Positions 27,263 through 36,386 of a stretch of DNA of 64,000 nt are shown here, in pieces (within the stretch, counting starts at the first letter, position 1; every line of letters begins with the position of its first letter). Source of the stretch: Candidatus Doudnabacteria bacterium RIFCSPHIGHO2_12_FULL_48_16 (GTDB lineage: Bacteria > Patescibacteriota > Doudnabacteria > UBA920 > O2-02-FULL-48-8); contig MFEY01000007.1 of the NCBI GenBank assembly GCA_001780035.1, forward strand, positions 198,343 to 262,342. Reading direction: 5' to 3'. The position numbers and the translations under genes are program-made. The notes beneath the pieces were generated by a model, which ran no database searches, had not been told where the DNA came from, and was given only the letters and a program-made list of their open reading frames with translations.

Positions 27263-27400
27263 TTAGCGCTCCAGGGGCGCAGCGGCGCTGCGATATTGGG
27301 CCGCCAGCTTGGGGGATTGTTTAAAAGCGTAAATAATTCCGATAATGGCAATGATCACGACAATGATGAAAATCTCAAGCTTTCTTAGGGAAATATTCAT
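27263..27400 (-). CDS. Possible 45-aa single-TM membrane peptide
   Basis: MNISLRKLEIFIIVVIIAIIGIIYAFKQSPKLAAQYRSAAAPLER, between DUF167 and the adenosyltransferase gene. No clear SD. Confidence 0.25.
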   Translation of the reverse strand: MNISLRKLEIFIIVVIIAIIGIIYAFKQSPKLAAQYRSAAAPLER

Positions 27401-27446
27401 AATTAAAGAGGGTTAAATCACGCCCTCAATATTAGCACTTAAAAAA

Positions 27447-27974
27447 TTAGTAATCAATACCCCGCTGGGCCAGGATACCCTGGTAATACGGATGCTTGAT
27501 CATGCGCATCTCCGTGACCAAGTCGGCCAGATCGATCAGCTTTTTGATCCGCTTGTGGCCGGTCAGGCACAAATGGGTCTGAACCGGCTTGGATTTGATA
27601 ATTTTAACCACATCGTCGACCGTCAACAAATCCGATTCAATGGCCGAGATCGCTTCATCCAGAATTACCAAATCGTATTTTTTGCTTTTGAGAGCCTTGA
27701 TCGATTCGGCCATGGCATTCTTCGCCGCCTTGATGTGCTCCGCGATCGGTTTGCGGTCGCCCAAAATCCCGACAAAGCCGCGGCCCATGAGTTTGACGTC
27801 CACGCCTTTGAGTTTGGACAAAACTTCCCGCTCGCCACTCGGCCAGTCGCCTTTGACAAACTGCAAATACAGAACCTTCAGGCTGGTGCCGGCCGCGCGA
27901 ATGGCCAAGCCCGCCGCAGCCGAGGTTTTTCCCTTGCCGTTGCCGATATAAATAATGGTTAAACCTTGGGCCAT
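27447..27974 (-). CDS. cobO: Cob(I)yrinic acid a,c-diamide / corrinoid adenosyltransferase (CobA/CobO/BtuR family)
   Basis: GNGKGKTSAAAGLAIRAAG...YLQFVKG..SGE. 175 aa. Confidence 0.8.
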   Translation of the reverse strand: MAQGLTIIYIGNGKGKTSAAAGLAIRAAGTSLKVLYLQFVKGDWPSGEREVLSKLKGVDVKLMGRGFVGILGDRKPIAEHIKAAKNAMAESIKALKSKKYDLVILDEAISAIESDLLTVDDVVKIIKSKPVQTHLCLTGHKRIKKLIDLADLVTEMRMIKHPYYQGILAQRGIDY

Positions 27975-28058
27975 GGGGTATTGTTTAATCCCTGATTAAC
28001 CTCTATACTATATCAAATCAAAATCGATTTCACCGCACCATAACCGGAGGAGGCTCCG

Positions 28059-28316
28059 ATGACAACCGAAGACCGTCCGCAATGGATCAAGGACTTGCAG
28101 GACTACGGGATTCACCCGCCGGCAGACAGGGACAAGGCACGGGAACTTTATGAGTTCCTGATGCACGGCACCAACCCGCCCAAAGTCACTCAGCGCGCCA
28201 AGCTGATCCGGCAACAACAGAAGCAAAGCGAAGGACTGAGGCAGGCTCGGCTGGAGGAAAGCCGGCAGACAATGGCTGCGCTCGTGGCCCGCCGCCACCA
28301 TCTTCCTCGCTCGTAG
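28059..28316 (+). CDS. Hypothetical 85-aa protein
   Basis: GGAGGAGG RBS. Strong terminator GGACGTCCC..GGGACGTCC + T6 at about 28357-28385. GC-rich. Confidence 0.4.
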   Translation: MTTEDRPQWIKDLQDYGIHPPADRDKARELYEFLMHGTNPPKVTQRAKLIRQQQKQSEGLRQARLEESRQTMAALVARRHHLPRS

Positions 28317-28388
28317 AATCGCCGCGCCTTCCCGATCGTCTTTGACAACAACAGGACGTCCCACAACCAGGGACGTCCGTTTTTTATT

Positions 28389-28646
28389 TTAATATTGCTC
28401 TGTGGGTTCCGGCTCGACCGAAACCCCCAGCTTCTCTTTCAGTTTGGCGATAAGCCGATCCAGAGCCGCAATATCTTGCGGGGTCATGCCCGGCTGCGTC
28501 TTGGCTTCTTCCAATCCCTTGATTCGATATTTAAGATCATCACCGAAGCCGTTTTTGGGTGCGCCATCTTCCCTTTTGTAGCCCCTGGGGGCCGATTTTT
28601 GATTATTTAAATCCATGTTTTTTCTTTCTCTTCTCTTCTCTCCCAA
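28389..28646 (-). CDS. Hypothetical small charged protein
   Basis: MDLNNQKSAPRGYKREDGAPKNGFGDDLKYRIKGLEEAK... Start may be the internal MDLNNQ (28616). Confidence 0.4.
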   Translation of the reverse strand: MGEKRRERKNMDLNNQKSAPRGYKREDGAPKNGFGDDLKYRIKGLEEAKTQPGMTPQDIAALDRLIAKLKEKLGVSVEPEPTEQY

Positions 28647-28766
28647 AAGAAATGCTAATAGCGAGGGCTGTAATTTTTAAGGACAACGTCGAAGGCTTTC
28701 CAATGCCTGAGACTTTAGCCCCGCCTTAGCGGGGCGTGTCCGCAAAAATTACAGCCCGAGCGACAT

Positions 28767-31421
28767 TTAGCATTTCGACCACCCACAACTTTCGCATTTT
28801 TGACACCCTTCGGTCATGCGCAGCATGTCGCCGCACATCATGCAGACCGGCGCATTGCCGTTGTCCGCAATCGAAACTTTTTGGCTGGTGAACGGGCTGC
28901 CGGCGGTATGAATCTCCTGCATCACGGCCTGGAACACCGGTTGCTGAATGACGACTTTCGGCGCTTCCACTTTCGGGATTTCGAGCTTAAGTTCAATTTG
29001 CCCGCGCTTAGTGTGGTTTTCCAGGACATTGGCAATGGCATCAGGCAGCGACAGAATTCGCTCCCCGTTGTGGAAGACCGGGTCCGGCCCGCGGATGCCC
29101 TTGAGCTGCTCAACGACGGTGGGCAGCGAAATACCCGAACGCAAGGCCAAAGAAATCATCCGGCAAATCGCTTCGGTCTGGGCACCGAAGAATCCGCCGG
29201 CCTTGCCGAGCTGCGAAAAAACTTCAAACGGGCCATATTCGTCTTCGTTAACCGTGACATACAAGTTGCCATAGGCCGTCGGGACTTTGTAGGTGGAACC
29301 CTGCATAACATCCGGCCGCTTGCGGGGAGAGATCTTGGTTGCACCGGTGGCTGGAATGGAAACTGGATTGACAATTGGTTCGGGTGCTGACAAAACAGGT
29401 GCTTCGAGTTTGGCGGCCGCCTGAATGGCTTCGTTCCTCTGCTGAGTCTCCACTTGGTCGGATGCGTCTTTGCCCAGTTTTTTATGATCCGTCGCCAGAA
29501 TCTGCTCGTCCCGGCTGCCATCGCGGTAAATCGTCCCGCCTTTGCAGCCCAGGTCATAAAGCATTTCGTAAAGCTTCGCGGTCTGTTCAACCGTGTAATT
29601 TTCCGGCGCATTCACGGTTTTGGAAATCGCGCTGTCCGTCCAGCGCTGGACCGCGGCCTGCACCCGCACATGCTCTTCCGGAGTCAATTCCATGGCGGTG
29701 ACAAAGTAATCGGGCAGCGATTCCCCGGGATGAGCATCCAGCCAGTCTTTGGCCAGCTTGATATGCTCCTGATGCACCCCCAGGCGGGATTTGCGGAAAT
29801 ATGTCCAGGAGAAGAACGGTTCAACGCCGGTGGAAGTGCCGACCATGGTGCCGATCGTGCCGGTGGGGGCCTGGGTCAGAATGGTGACGTTGCGAATGCC
29901 GTATTGCCGCACCAGGTGCCGGATATACTCCGGCATTTTTTTCATAAAACCCGATTGCAGGAATTGTTCCGCATCAAACTGGCCAAACGTTCCCTTTTCG
30001 CGGGCCAGGTCAATGGAAGTTTCATAGGCAGTAATGGCGATAAACTGGTAAAGCTTATCGATAAACTCCACGCCCTGGGGCGAGCCGTAGCGCAGGCCGA
30101 GGTTAATCAACATTTCCGCCAAGCCGATGGTGCCCATGCCGACGCGCCGTTCGCTCATCTGCTGCTTGTAATTTTGATCAAAGAAATAGGGTGTGGCGTC
30201 AATGACGTTGTCTTGGAACCGCACCGCATCCTGCACGGTCCGCTTGAGTTTGTTCCAATCGACATCTTTTTTGGCGGTATCCACGTGCTTGGCCAAGTTC
30301 ACATGGCCAAGATTGCACACTCCCCAAGCCGGCAGCGGCTGTTCGCCGCAAGGATTGGTGCAGGGCAGATCGGCATAGTAGCCGGAATTGGAATAGTAGT
30401 TGGCCCGGTCGATAAAATACATGCCCGGTTCCGCCGAGCCCCAAGCGGAAGAAATGATATTTTCCCAGATGTCCTTAGCCCGGACGGTCTTGTGCTTGAT
30501 GACCCGGCCGCCAATTTCTTTCCAGCGGGTGATGTTGCCGTCCCAGCGATCCTTAAACATCGGATCCGAGGTGTCGGGAAAAATCAAATCCCACGGCTGG
30601 TCGTTTTTGACAGCCAGCATAAAATCATCGGTGATGCCCACCGAAATATTGGCGTTGGTGATCCGGCCGGCTTCTTTTTTGGAATTGATAAAGTCAATCA
30701 CATCCGGATGCCAGACATTCAAAATCAGCATCAGGGCCCCGCGGCGCGAACCGCCCTGCTCGATCAAGCCGGTCACAAAACTGTAAAGCGATGCCCAGGA
30801 AACCGCGCCGGATGAGCGGCCGTTGACGCCTTTGACGTAAGCATAACGCGGACGCAGGGTCGAAACGTTGATGCCGACGCCGCCCCCCCGGCTCATAATT
30901 TCGGCCATCTGGCCCAGGGTGTCAAAAATCCCCTGGCGCGAATCCTTCGGCGACGGAATGACATAGCAATTGTAATAAGTTAAATTCTGGCCCGTGCCCG
31001 CGCCGGTAAAAATCCGACCGGCCGGCACGTATTTCCAATCATCCATAAGCTCGCGGAACCGGCCTTCCCATTCGGTCTGCGCTTCGGGCGTGGCTTCGAC
31101 GCTGGCGATGTGCTTGGCGATACGCTCAAACATCTGTTCCGGCACCGTCTCGAGAGGCTTATCGACATGCTCAATCGCCCGGGTTTCCAAACTGCCGTCG
31201 CGCAATTTCACGATAACTTCATGGTTGGCTTGGTCAACTTTTTCCACCGTGCCGATTTCCCGCTGGCCGGTTTTGAGGTTAACGCAAACCACCACGGTAT
31301 CTCCCACGGTCATAGTCTCCTTTTTGGCATCCTTAATCGCATAACGATCAAGGAAAATCTTTTCGCCCAGTTCGGCGAGGGCGTTAACTTTTCTGGTTTG
31401 GAGATTTTCTTTCGGCTGCAT
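28767..31421 (-). CDS. nrdJ: Ribonucleotide reductase class II (adenosylcobalamin-dependent), NrdJ
   Basis: Start at MQPKENLQTRKV (track ORF over-extended to 31646). Catalytic CGEQPLPAWGVCNLGHVNL. C-terminal zinc ribbon CMMCGDMLRMTEGCQKCESCGWSKC. Confidence 0.85.
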   Translation of the reverse strand: MQPKENLQTRKVNALAELGEKIFLDRYAIKDAKKETMTVGDTVVVCVNLKTGQREIGTVEKVDQANHEVIVKLRDGSLETRAIEHVDKPLETVPEQMFERIAKHIASVEATPEAQTEWEGRFRELMDDWKYVPAGRIFTGAGTGQNLTYYNCYVIPSPKDSRQGIFDTLGQMAEIMSRGGGVGINVSTLRPRYAYVKGVNGRSSGAVSWASLYSFVTGLIEQGGSRRGALMLILNVWHPDVIDFINSKKEAGRITNANISVGITDDFMLAVKNDQPWDLIFPDTSDPMFKDRWDGNITRWKEIGGRVIKHKTVRAKDIWENIISSAWGSAEPGMYFIDRANYYSNSGYYADLPCTNPCGEQPLPAWGVCNLGHVNLAKHVDTAKKDVDWNKLKRTVQDAVRFQDNVIDATPYFFDQNYKQQMSERRVGMGTIGLAEMLINLGLRYGSPQGVEFIDKLYQFIAITAYETSIDLAREKGTFGQFDAEQFLQSGFMKKMPEYIRHLVRQYGIRNVTILTQAPTGTIGTMVGTSTGVEPFFSWTYFRKSRLGVHQEHIKLAKDWLDAHPGESLPDYFVTAMELTPEEHVRVQAAVQRWTDSAISKTVNAPENYTVEQTAKLYEMLYDLGCKGGTIYRDGSRDEQILATDHKKLGKDASDQVETQQRNEAIQAAAKLEAPVLSAPEPIVNPVSIPATGATKISPRKRPDVMQGSTYKVPTAYGNLYVTVNEDEYGPFEVFSQLGKAGGFFGAQTEAICRMISLALRSGISLPTVVEQLKGIRGPDPVFHNGERILSLPDAIANVLENHTKRGQIELKLEIPKVEAPKVVIQQPVFQAVMQEIHTAGSPFTSQKVSIADNGNAPVCMMCGDMLRMTEGCQKCESCGWSKC

Positions 31422-31452
31422 GATTTTGTGGGACGGGTGGTTAATTATTTTG

Positions 31453-31899
31453 TTATTCCAATTTCTTGGCTTCCTTAATGAACTCTTCAACGTCAGCGAA
31501 CTGGCGATAGACGGAAGCGAAGCGGATATAAGCGACCTGATCCTTGCCCTTGATCCGGCGCATGACGATGTTGCCGATGTCTTTGGCCGGGATCTGCTCC
31601 TTGCCGGACTTCTGGATATCCTGCTCGATGCCGGAGACCAAGGCATGGAAATCGTCTCGCGTCAGAGGACGTTTCTCAAAGGCCTTGCGGATGCCGGATT
31701 CAATCTTTTCCCTCATGTAAGCTTCGGTTCGGCCGTCGCGCTTCACCACGGTCAGATCCAAAATTTCCATTTCCTCGTGGGTGGAGAATCGGGCGCCGCA
31801 TTTGGTGCATTCCCGGCGGCGCCGGATGGCCAAACCATCTGAAATCGGACGGGAGTCCAAAACTTTGGTGTCGTCATTTTGACAGTTGGGGCAGCGCAT
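31453..31899 (-). CDS. nrdR: Transcriptional repressor NrdR
   Basis: MRCPNCQNDDTKVLDSRP...CTKCGARFST zinc ribbon plus ATP-cone. Confidence 0.9.
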   Translation of the reverse strand: MRCPNCQNDDTKVLDSRPISDGLAIRRRRECTKCGARFSTHEEMEILDLTVVKRDGRTEAYMREKIESGIRKAFEKRPLTRDDFHALVSGIEQDIQKSGKEQIPAKDIGNIVMRRIKGKDQVAYIRFASVYRQFADVEEFIKEAKKLE

Positions 31900-32038
31900 G
31901 AAATTGTCTCCGGTTTTTTGGCGTAAAAAAAATAAGAGGGATTTTGCTTAAAATAAGCCTCTCGGTGATTTTTAGAATGTGCCCGTGTTGGTGTTTGTCT
32001 GGATATTTGTGTCCAAAGGGTAAGCCTTAGGGCTTCGA

Positions 32039-32088
32039 ACACAAGATATAGTGTTTACCATAGATAATATAACCCTATATATAGAATG
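32039..32088. promoter_or_regulatory. Two NrdR boxes upstream of nrdR-nrdJ
   Basis: ACACAAGATATAGTGT and ACCCTATATATAGAAT match the acaCwAtATaTwGtgt consensus. Centres about 33 bp apart. Confidence 0.6.
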
Positions 32089-32259
32089 CTGTCAAAAGCC
32101 AATTTCGGGCTATTTTCTACGGGCGGAACTACCGGTAGAGAAACTTATCAACAAAAGAGTGCCATGAGGGTTTCCCTGTGTCAATTTCAAATTTTCCCTC
32201 TCCCTTTGCGGGAGAGGGTGGCGCGAAGCGCCGGGTGAGGGGTATAATTAATTATATTT

Positions 32260-33447
32260 ATGACCTCTAATCTGGAAAAATCCAAATCAAGCTGTCTTTA
32301 CTGCGGCAACAACCCTATCCCACACACGGTTCATAAGTTTTATGAATCCCTCGACATCGCATTTGGGCCGATTCGGCGCGGCTTGTCTCAAAGTCCCCTC
32401 GGCGCCGCCGGGGACAAGCTTGGTAACTTGGTCGGCATCGGGCTTTATCGAATCCTCAAGGCTATGGGCCTGATCACCATCAATACCAGCATCGACGAAA
32501 TCAAATATGACCGGGCGCGGGTGATTTGGGCGGAAGCCATGCGGCGGCAAATCCCGATCGAGGAGATCAAACCATTTAACCGCTCGATTGATTTATACAA
32601 AAGCCGGATCAATAACCGGGATTTTTGGTTTATGAACCTGCCGCGGCGCGAACACGTCGCCACTAGCAACTTAACCTGGGTCGATGATAAATGGCTGCTC
32701 AAGAAAAAACTGCGCGAACATAGCCTGCCCACGGCCAAGGGCGGGGCGTTTTTCAGGTATGCGGCGGCCAAGCAAATGTTCCATCAACTGAATAAGCCGG
32801 TCATCGTCAAGCCGCGCGCCGGATCGCGTGGCCGGCACACCACGACCTTTATTTACACCGAAGATGATTTTTGGCAGGCGTTTAAAATCGCCAAACAACT
32901 CTGCCACTGGGTAATTGTCGAAGAACACCTCTTCGGCGATGTCCAGCGCGGCACCATCATCGGCGGCAAGCTGATTGGGGTCTTAGGCGGCAGCTCGCCC
33001 AAGGTCACCGGGGATGACCAAAACTCAATTTTAGAACTGATCCGACAAACCGACGCCGGCCGGCCGATGGGCGTAAAAGAAATCCAAGTCAATCCGTATT
33101 TCATGCAGCGGCAAGGGCTAACCATGGAAACCGTGTTGCCGGCCGGAAAAACCGTTTATCTGTCAGAAAAAATTGGAGTCAACTACGGTGGCACGAGTTT
33201 TGACGCTACCCCCTACACTCATCCAGAAACCAAAGCTATGCTGGAAAAAGCCGGCCAGGTGCTCAACGTTTCGATCTTGGGGTTTGATTTCATCGTGCCG
33301 GATATTAGAAAATCCTACAAAGAACAAAAAGCCGGCATTATCGAATGCAACGGCGCGCCGTTTATCAATTTACATCACGATCCCCTGATCGGAGAATCCA
33401 TCAACGCCGCCAAAGCCGTGTGGGATTTAGTTTTAGAAAATAAATAG
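32260..33447 (+). CDS. ATP-grasp protein resembling the N-terminal + ATP-grasp domains of cyanophycin synthetase (no Mur-ligase domain)
   Basis: KPVIVKPRAGSRGRHTTTF (compare CphA PVVVKPLDGNHGRGV). IIECNGAPFINLHHDPLIG (compare CphA IEVNAAPGFRMH). -10 TATAAT 16 nt upstream of the ATG. Confidence 0.5.
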   Translation: MTSNLEKSKSSCLYCGNNPIPHTVHKFYESLDIAFGPIRRGLSQSPLGAAGDKLGNLVGIGLYRILKAMGLITINTSIDEIKYDRARVIWAEAMRRQIPIEEIKPFNRSIDLYKSRINNRDFWFMNLPRREHVATSNLTWVDDKWLLKKKLREHSLPTAKGGAFFRYAAAKQMFHQLNKPVIVKPRAGSRGRHTTTFIYTEDDFWQAFKIAKQLCHWVIVEEHLFGDVQRGTIIGGKLIGVLGGSSPKVTGDDQNSILELIRQTDAGRPMGVKEIQVNPYFMQRQGLTMETVLPAGKTVYLSEKIGVNYGGTSFDATPYTHPETKAMLEKAGQVLNVSILGFDFIVPDIRKSYKEQKAGIIECNGAPFINLHHDPLIGESINAAKAVWDLVLENK

Positions 33448-33459
33448 AAAAAAACCGGT

Positions 33460-33496
33460 GTAACAACCATAGAGCGATAGGTTGGTGGTTGTTACA
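33460..33496. repeat. Palindromic element E2 (TGTAACAACCA-tagagcgataggttgg-TGGTTGTTACA)
   Basis: Same arms and loop as E1, 13 nt after the ATP-grasp gene stop. Confidence 0.55.
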
Positions 33497-33597
33497 TAAC
33501 GAATAGCATATAAAAAGAGGGACGGAGGCTGTCTTGGGTCGATGTCGAGTCGACTCCCAGCCTCCGTTTTTTTCGTCCTCCTCACCCTTCCTCCTGC

Positions 33598-34329
33598 TTA
33601 CGTCTGCTCCGGTTCCGGATGGGCCAGCATGGCCGCCTCGAGCCGATCCCATTCGTCCTTGGGCTTCCAGGCCACGTTGCCTTTCTCAATCTCCGCGGCG
33701 ACTTCCGGATCCTCCTGCTGGTATTGCGGCAGCGGGTCGTGGATCAGACTGACTACCGGCACGCCGAACCACACCCGATGGAGCGACCGGTTAAAGAACC
33801 CGGCAATAGCCACCGCCATGGCGCTCTTGCTCCCTACAAGGGCGACCCCTTCGCCCGTGGTCCGGAAGTTGTTCAGGACGTCGTCAGCCACGATCACCCG
33901 GTCATCCGGATCGAGATCGTGCCGTCCCAGAATGAGTATCGACTTCTCCCGGCTGGTCGACGTCGCCAGCGCGACGACCTTCCTATCGGCGTAGATCACA
34001 CGACAGGCCAATGCGCGGGCGATACTGTCGGCGACAAGAATCCCGCCCATGGGCATGCCCATGACGACGGTCGGATTGAACGGGCGCAACCGGTCGATCA
34101 TTTTGACCGCCCATTCATCGTAAACGAACCGATACTGCTCGATGGGAGCGAAGTTAAGGTAGACATCGCCCACATACTGCAAACCGGTGACCGGATCACA
34201 TTCGGTGTAGCCGACAACCGGTCCCAGCCATTCGCGATTCGGGCCCCGCGGGCATTTGTAGTAGCCTTTGAGCCCCCGCATCAAGGCCCGCGGATCCTTC
34301 TGGATCGCATCGATTCGTGTCAGTTTCAC
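33598..34329 (-). CDS. pyrE: Type I phosphoribosyltransferase (putative orotate PRTase)
   Basis: PRPP-binding loop RVIVADDVLNNFRTTGEGV. GTG start with GAAGGAGGAGG RBS. Adjacent to pyrF. Confidence 0.5.
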   Translation of the reverse strand: MKLTRIDAIQKDPRALMRGLKGYYKCPRGPNREWLGPVVGYTECDPVTGLQYVGDVYLNFAPIEQYRFVYDEWAVKMIDRLRPFNPTVVMGMPMGGILVADSIARALACRVIYADRKVVALATSTSREKSILILGRHDLDPDDRVIVADDVLNNFRTTGEGVALVGSKSAMAVAIAGFFNRSLHRVWFGVPVVSLIHDPLPQYQQEDPEVAAEIEKGNVAWKPKDEWDRLEAAMLAHPEPEQT

Positions 34330-34365
34330 GGCCTCCTCCTTCAGCCGCGTGGCGCGCGGCTTGTT

Positions 34366-35070
34366 TCAGTTGGTTACGGCGCTGATCTGCGCGACGATAT
34401 TGGCAATCGCCGCCTTCGGATCCGCGGCTTCGCTGAATTCACGACCCACCACGATGCCGCTGGCGCCATTCTTGAACGCATTCTCGTGCGTGTCGACCCG
34501 GGCCTGGTCATCCTGCTTCACACCTGCGGAACGGACTCCCGGCGTGTAGAACGGCAATCCCTGCAACTCACGCCGCTTGCTGAGCATCGCCAGCTCCTGC
34601 GGGGAGCAAACGATTCCGTTGAGCTCGACCAGCTTCGCGTTCCGCGCACGCTGCAGGACGACAGCTTTCGAGGGCTGGCCGGTCGTCAGGTGCACTTCCT
34701 CCTCGCCAAGCGAGGTGAGTGCCGTGATCCCCCAGACTTCGATCTTGCCGTCCGCGCCATCGAGCGCGCCGTAGAGCATGTCGATCCCGCCGGCGATGTG
34801 CACCGTGACGATGTCGGCCGCGGACTTGCAAACAGCCATGACGCGCTTCTTCGCAGTCACCGGGATGTCCTCGATCTTCAGATCGGCCATCACTTGCGCG
34901 ACGGCAGTGTCGTCCTTGAGCATCTGTGCGACACTCGGACCGCACTCATCCCAGAGATCATGGATCTTCGCGGCCTTGATCCATCCCATGAGCTCTTCGA
35001 GTTGCTTCATCTTCTCGACAGCCTGATTGTATCCCAAGCCATCAAGCGCCAGAATAATCAGTGGCTTCAT
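34366..35070 (-). CDS. pyrF: Orotidine 5'-phosphate decarboxylase
   Basis: ILALDGL, DLKIEDIPVT (D-x-K-x-x-D-I-P catalytic motif), VHIAGG, WGITALTS, IVVGR. Start at internal MKPLIILALDG with GAAGGAGAAG RBS. Confidence 0.8.
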   Translation of the reverse strand: MKPLIILALDGLGYNQAVEKMKQLEELMGWIKAAKIHDLWDECGPSVAQMLKDDTAVAQVMADLKIEDIPVTAKKRVMAVCKSAADIVTVHIAGGIDMLYGALDGADGKIEVWGITALTSLGEEEVHLTTGQPSKAVVLQRARNAKLVELNGIVCSPQELAMLSKRRELQGLPFYTPGVRSAGVKQDDQARVDTHENAFKNGASGIVVGREFSEAADPKAAIANIVAQISAVTN

Positions 35071-35159
35071 CCCTGCTTCTCCTTCTGAATTCACGCACCC
35101 ATTCATGGGCCGTGACAATATAGAATACCAAACGGGGGCATTGGTAAGCAAATGCAAAA

Positions 35160-35210
35160 ACAGACCCCGAACCCCGCCAAAGGGACGGGCAGGCGAGTTC
35201 GGGGTGGCAG
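35160..35210 (-). terminator. Terminator hairpin with the same conserved loop (CCAAAGGGACGGGCAGGCGAGTTCGGGG)
   Basis: Stem ACCCCGAAC/GTTCGGGGT + T-run on the minus strand, downstream of ftsZ. Confidence 0.5.
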
Positions 35211-35242
35211 TATTCTAAATTCCAGATTCTAGTTTCTAGATT

Positions 35243-36385
35243 CTATTTGATTTTCTTTCTGATAAACGCCGGGATTTCCAGTTCATCCTGATCCGCCGGG
35301 TCGATCTCCAGCTCTTCCTCAATCACCTTCGGCGCGTAAATGGGCTTTTTGACCTCACTCTTCATCACTATCGGTTCTTCCTTCCGGACCGGGGCGCTCA
35401 TTGATTCCGTGCGGCGCATATTTTCATCAAACCCGGTGGCGACCACGGTAATTTTGACTTCCTCATCCATTTCCTCATCAATGACCGTGCCAAAAATGAT
35501 TTTGGCTTCCGGATCCACGGACTTGGTGATGAATTTGGCAGCTTCCTCAACTTCGTGCATGGATAAATCTTTGCCGCCGGTGATATTGAACAACACGCCG
35601 CGCGCGCCGTCGATCGAAAGTTCGAGCAACGGCGAATCAATTGCCGCGCGCGCCGCATCCAGGGCCCGGTTTTCTCCGGTGCCGCGCCCGATGCCCATCA
35701 GAGCCGAGCCGGCATTCTGCATGACGGCCTTAACATCGGCAAAGTCGACGTTGATCGTGCCCGGAGTGGTGATCAAATCGGAAATTCCGGCCACGCCCTG
35801 GCGCAAAACATCATCCACAGTTTTAAACGCATCCAGGAGCGAGGTTTTCTTATCAATTATTTGTAAAATCCGGTCGTTGGGAATGACGATAATGGTATCA
35901 ACGTGCTGTTTGAGCATTTCCAAGCCCCGTTCCGCCAGTTCGCGGCGCTTGGCTCCTTCGAATGCAAACGGCTTGGTGACCACCCCGACGGTCAGGATGC
36001 CGGTTTTGCGGGCGAGCTCCGCCACAACCGGCGCAGCGCCGGTGCCGGTGCCGCCGCCAAGACCGCAGGTGATAAACACCATGTCCGCGTTATGGATGGC
36101 ATCGAGGATTTCTTCTTTTGATTCTTCCGCCGCCGCGCGTCCAATGTCCGGGTTCATGCCGGCGCCGAGGCCGCGGGTTATGGATTTACCAATGTGGATT
36201 TTTTCATCAGCCTGGGAATTATGCAGTGCCTGCGCGTCAGTGTTGACCGCGACAAACTCCACGCCGCGGATACCGGTTTCCATCATGCGATGAATGGCAT
36301 TGTGGCCGCTGCCGCCGACGCCGACAACTTTAATCCGGGCGAATGTTTCGATTTTGGGTTTAACCTCAGAGGATTTGTATTTCAT
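35243..36385 (-). CDS. ftsZ: Cell division GTPase FtsZ
   Basis: [15 protein letters not shown] tubulin signature. Confidence 0.95.
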   Translation of the reverse strand: MKYKSSEVKPKIETFARIKVVGVGGSGHNAIHRMMETGIRGVEFVAVNTDAQALHNSQADEKIHIGKSITRGLGAGMNPDIGRAAAEESKEEILDAIHNADMVFITCGLGGGTGTGAAPVVAELARKTGILTVGVVTKPFAFEGAKRRELAERGLEMLKQHVDTIIVIPNDRILQIIDKKTSLLDAFKTVDDVLRQGVAGISDLITTPGTINVDFADVKAVMQNAGSALMGIGRGTGENRALDAARAAIDSPLLELSIDGARGVLFNITGGKDLSMHEVEEAAKFITKSVDPEAKIIFGTVIDEEMDEEVKITVVATGFDENMRRTESMSAPVRKEEPIVMKSEVKKPIYAPKVIEEELEIDPADQDELEIPAFIRKKIK

Positions 36386-36386
36386 A

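Noticed and set aside
28651-28775. Cobalamin riboswitch near nrdJ
   Set aside because: No B12 box, wrong size, and located 3' of nrdJ.
33534-35088. Plus-strand ORFs up to 489 aa antisense to pyrE/pyrF
   Set aside because: Arg/His/Asp-rich nonsense typical of antisense GC-rich frames. pyrF/pyrE motifs on the minus strand are unambiguous.
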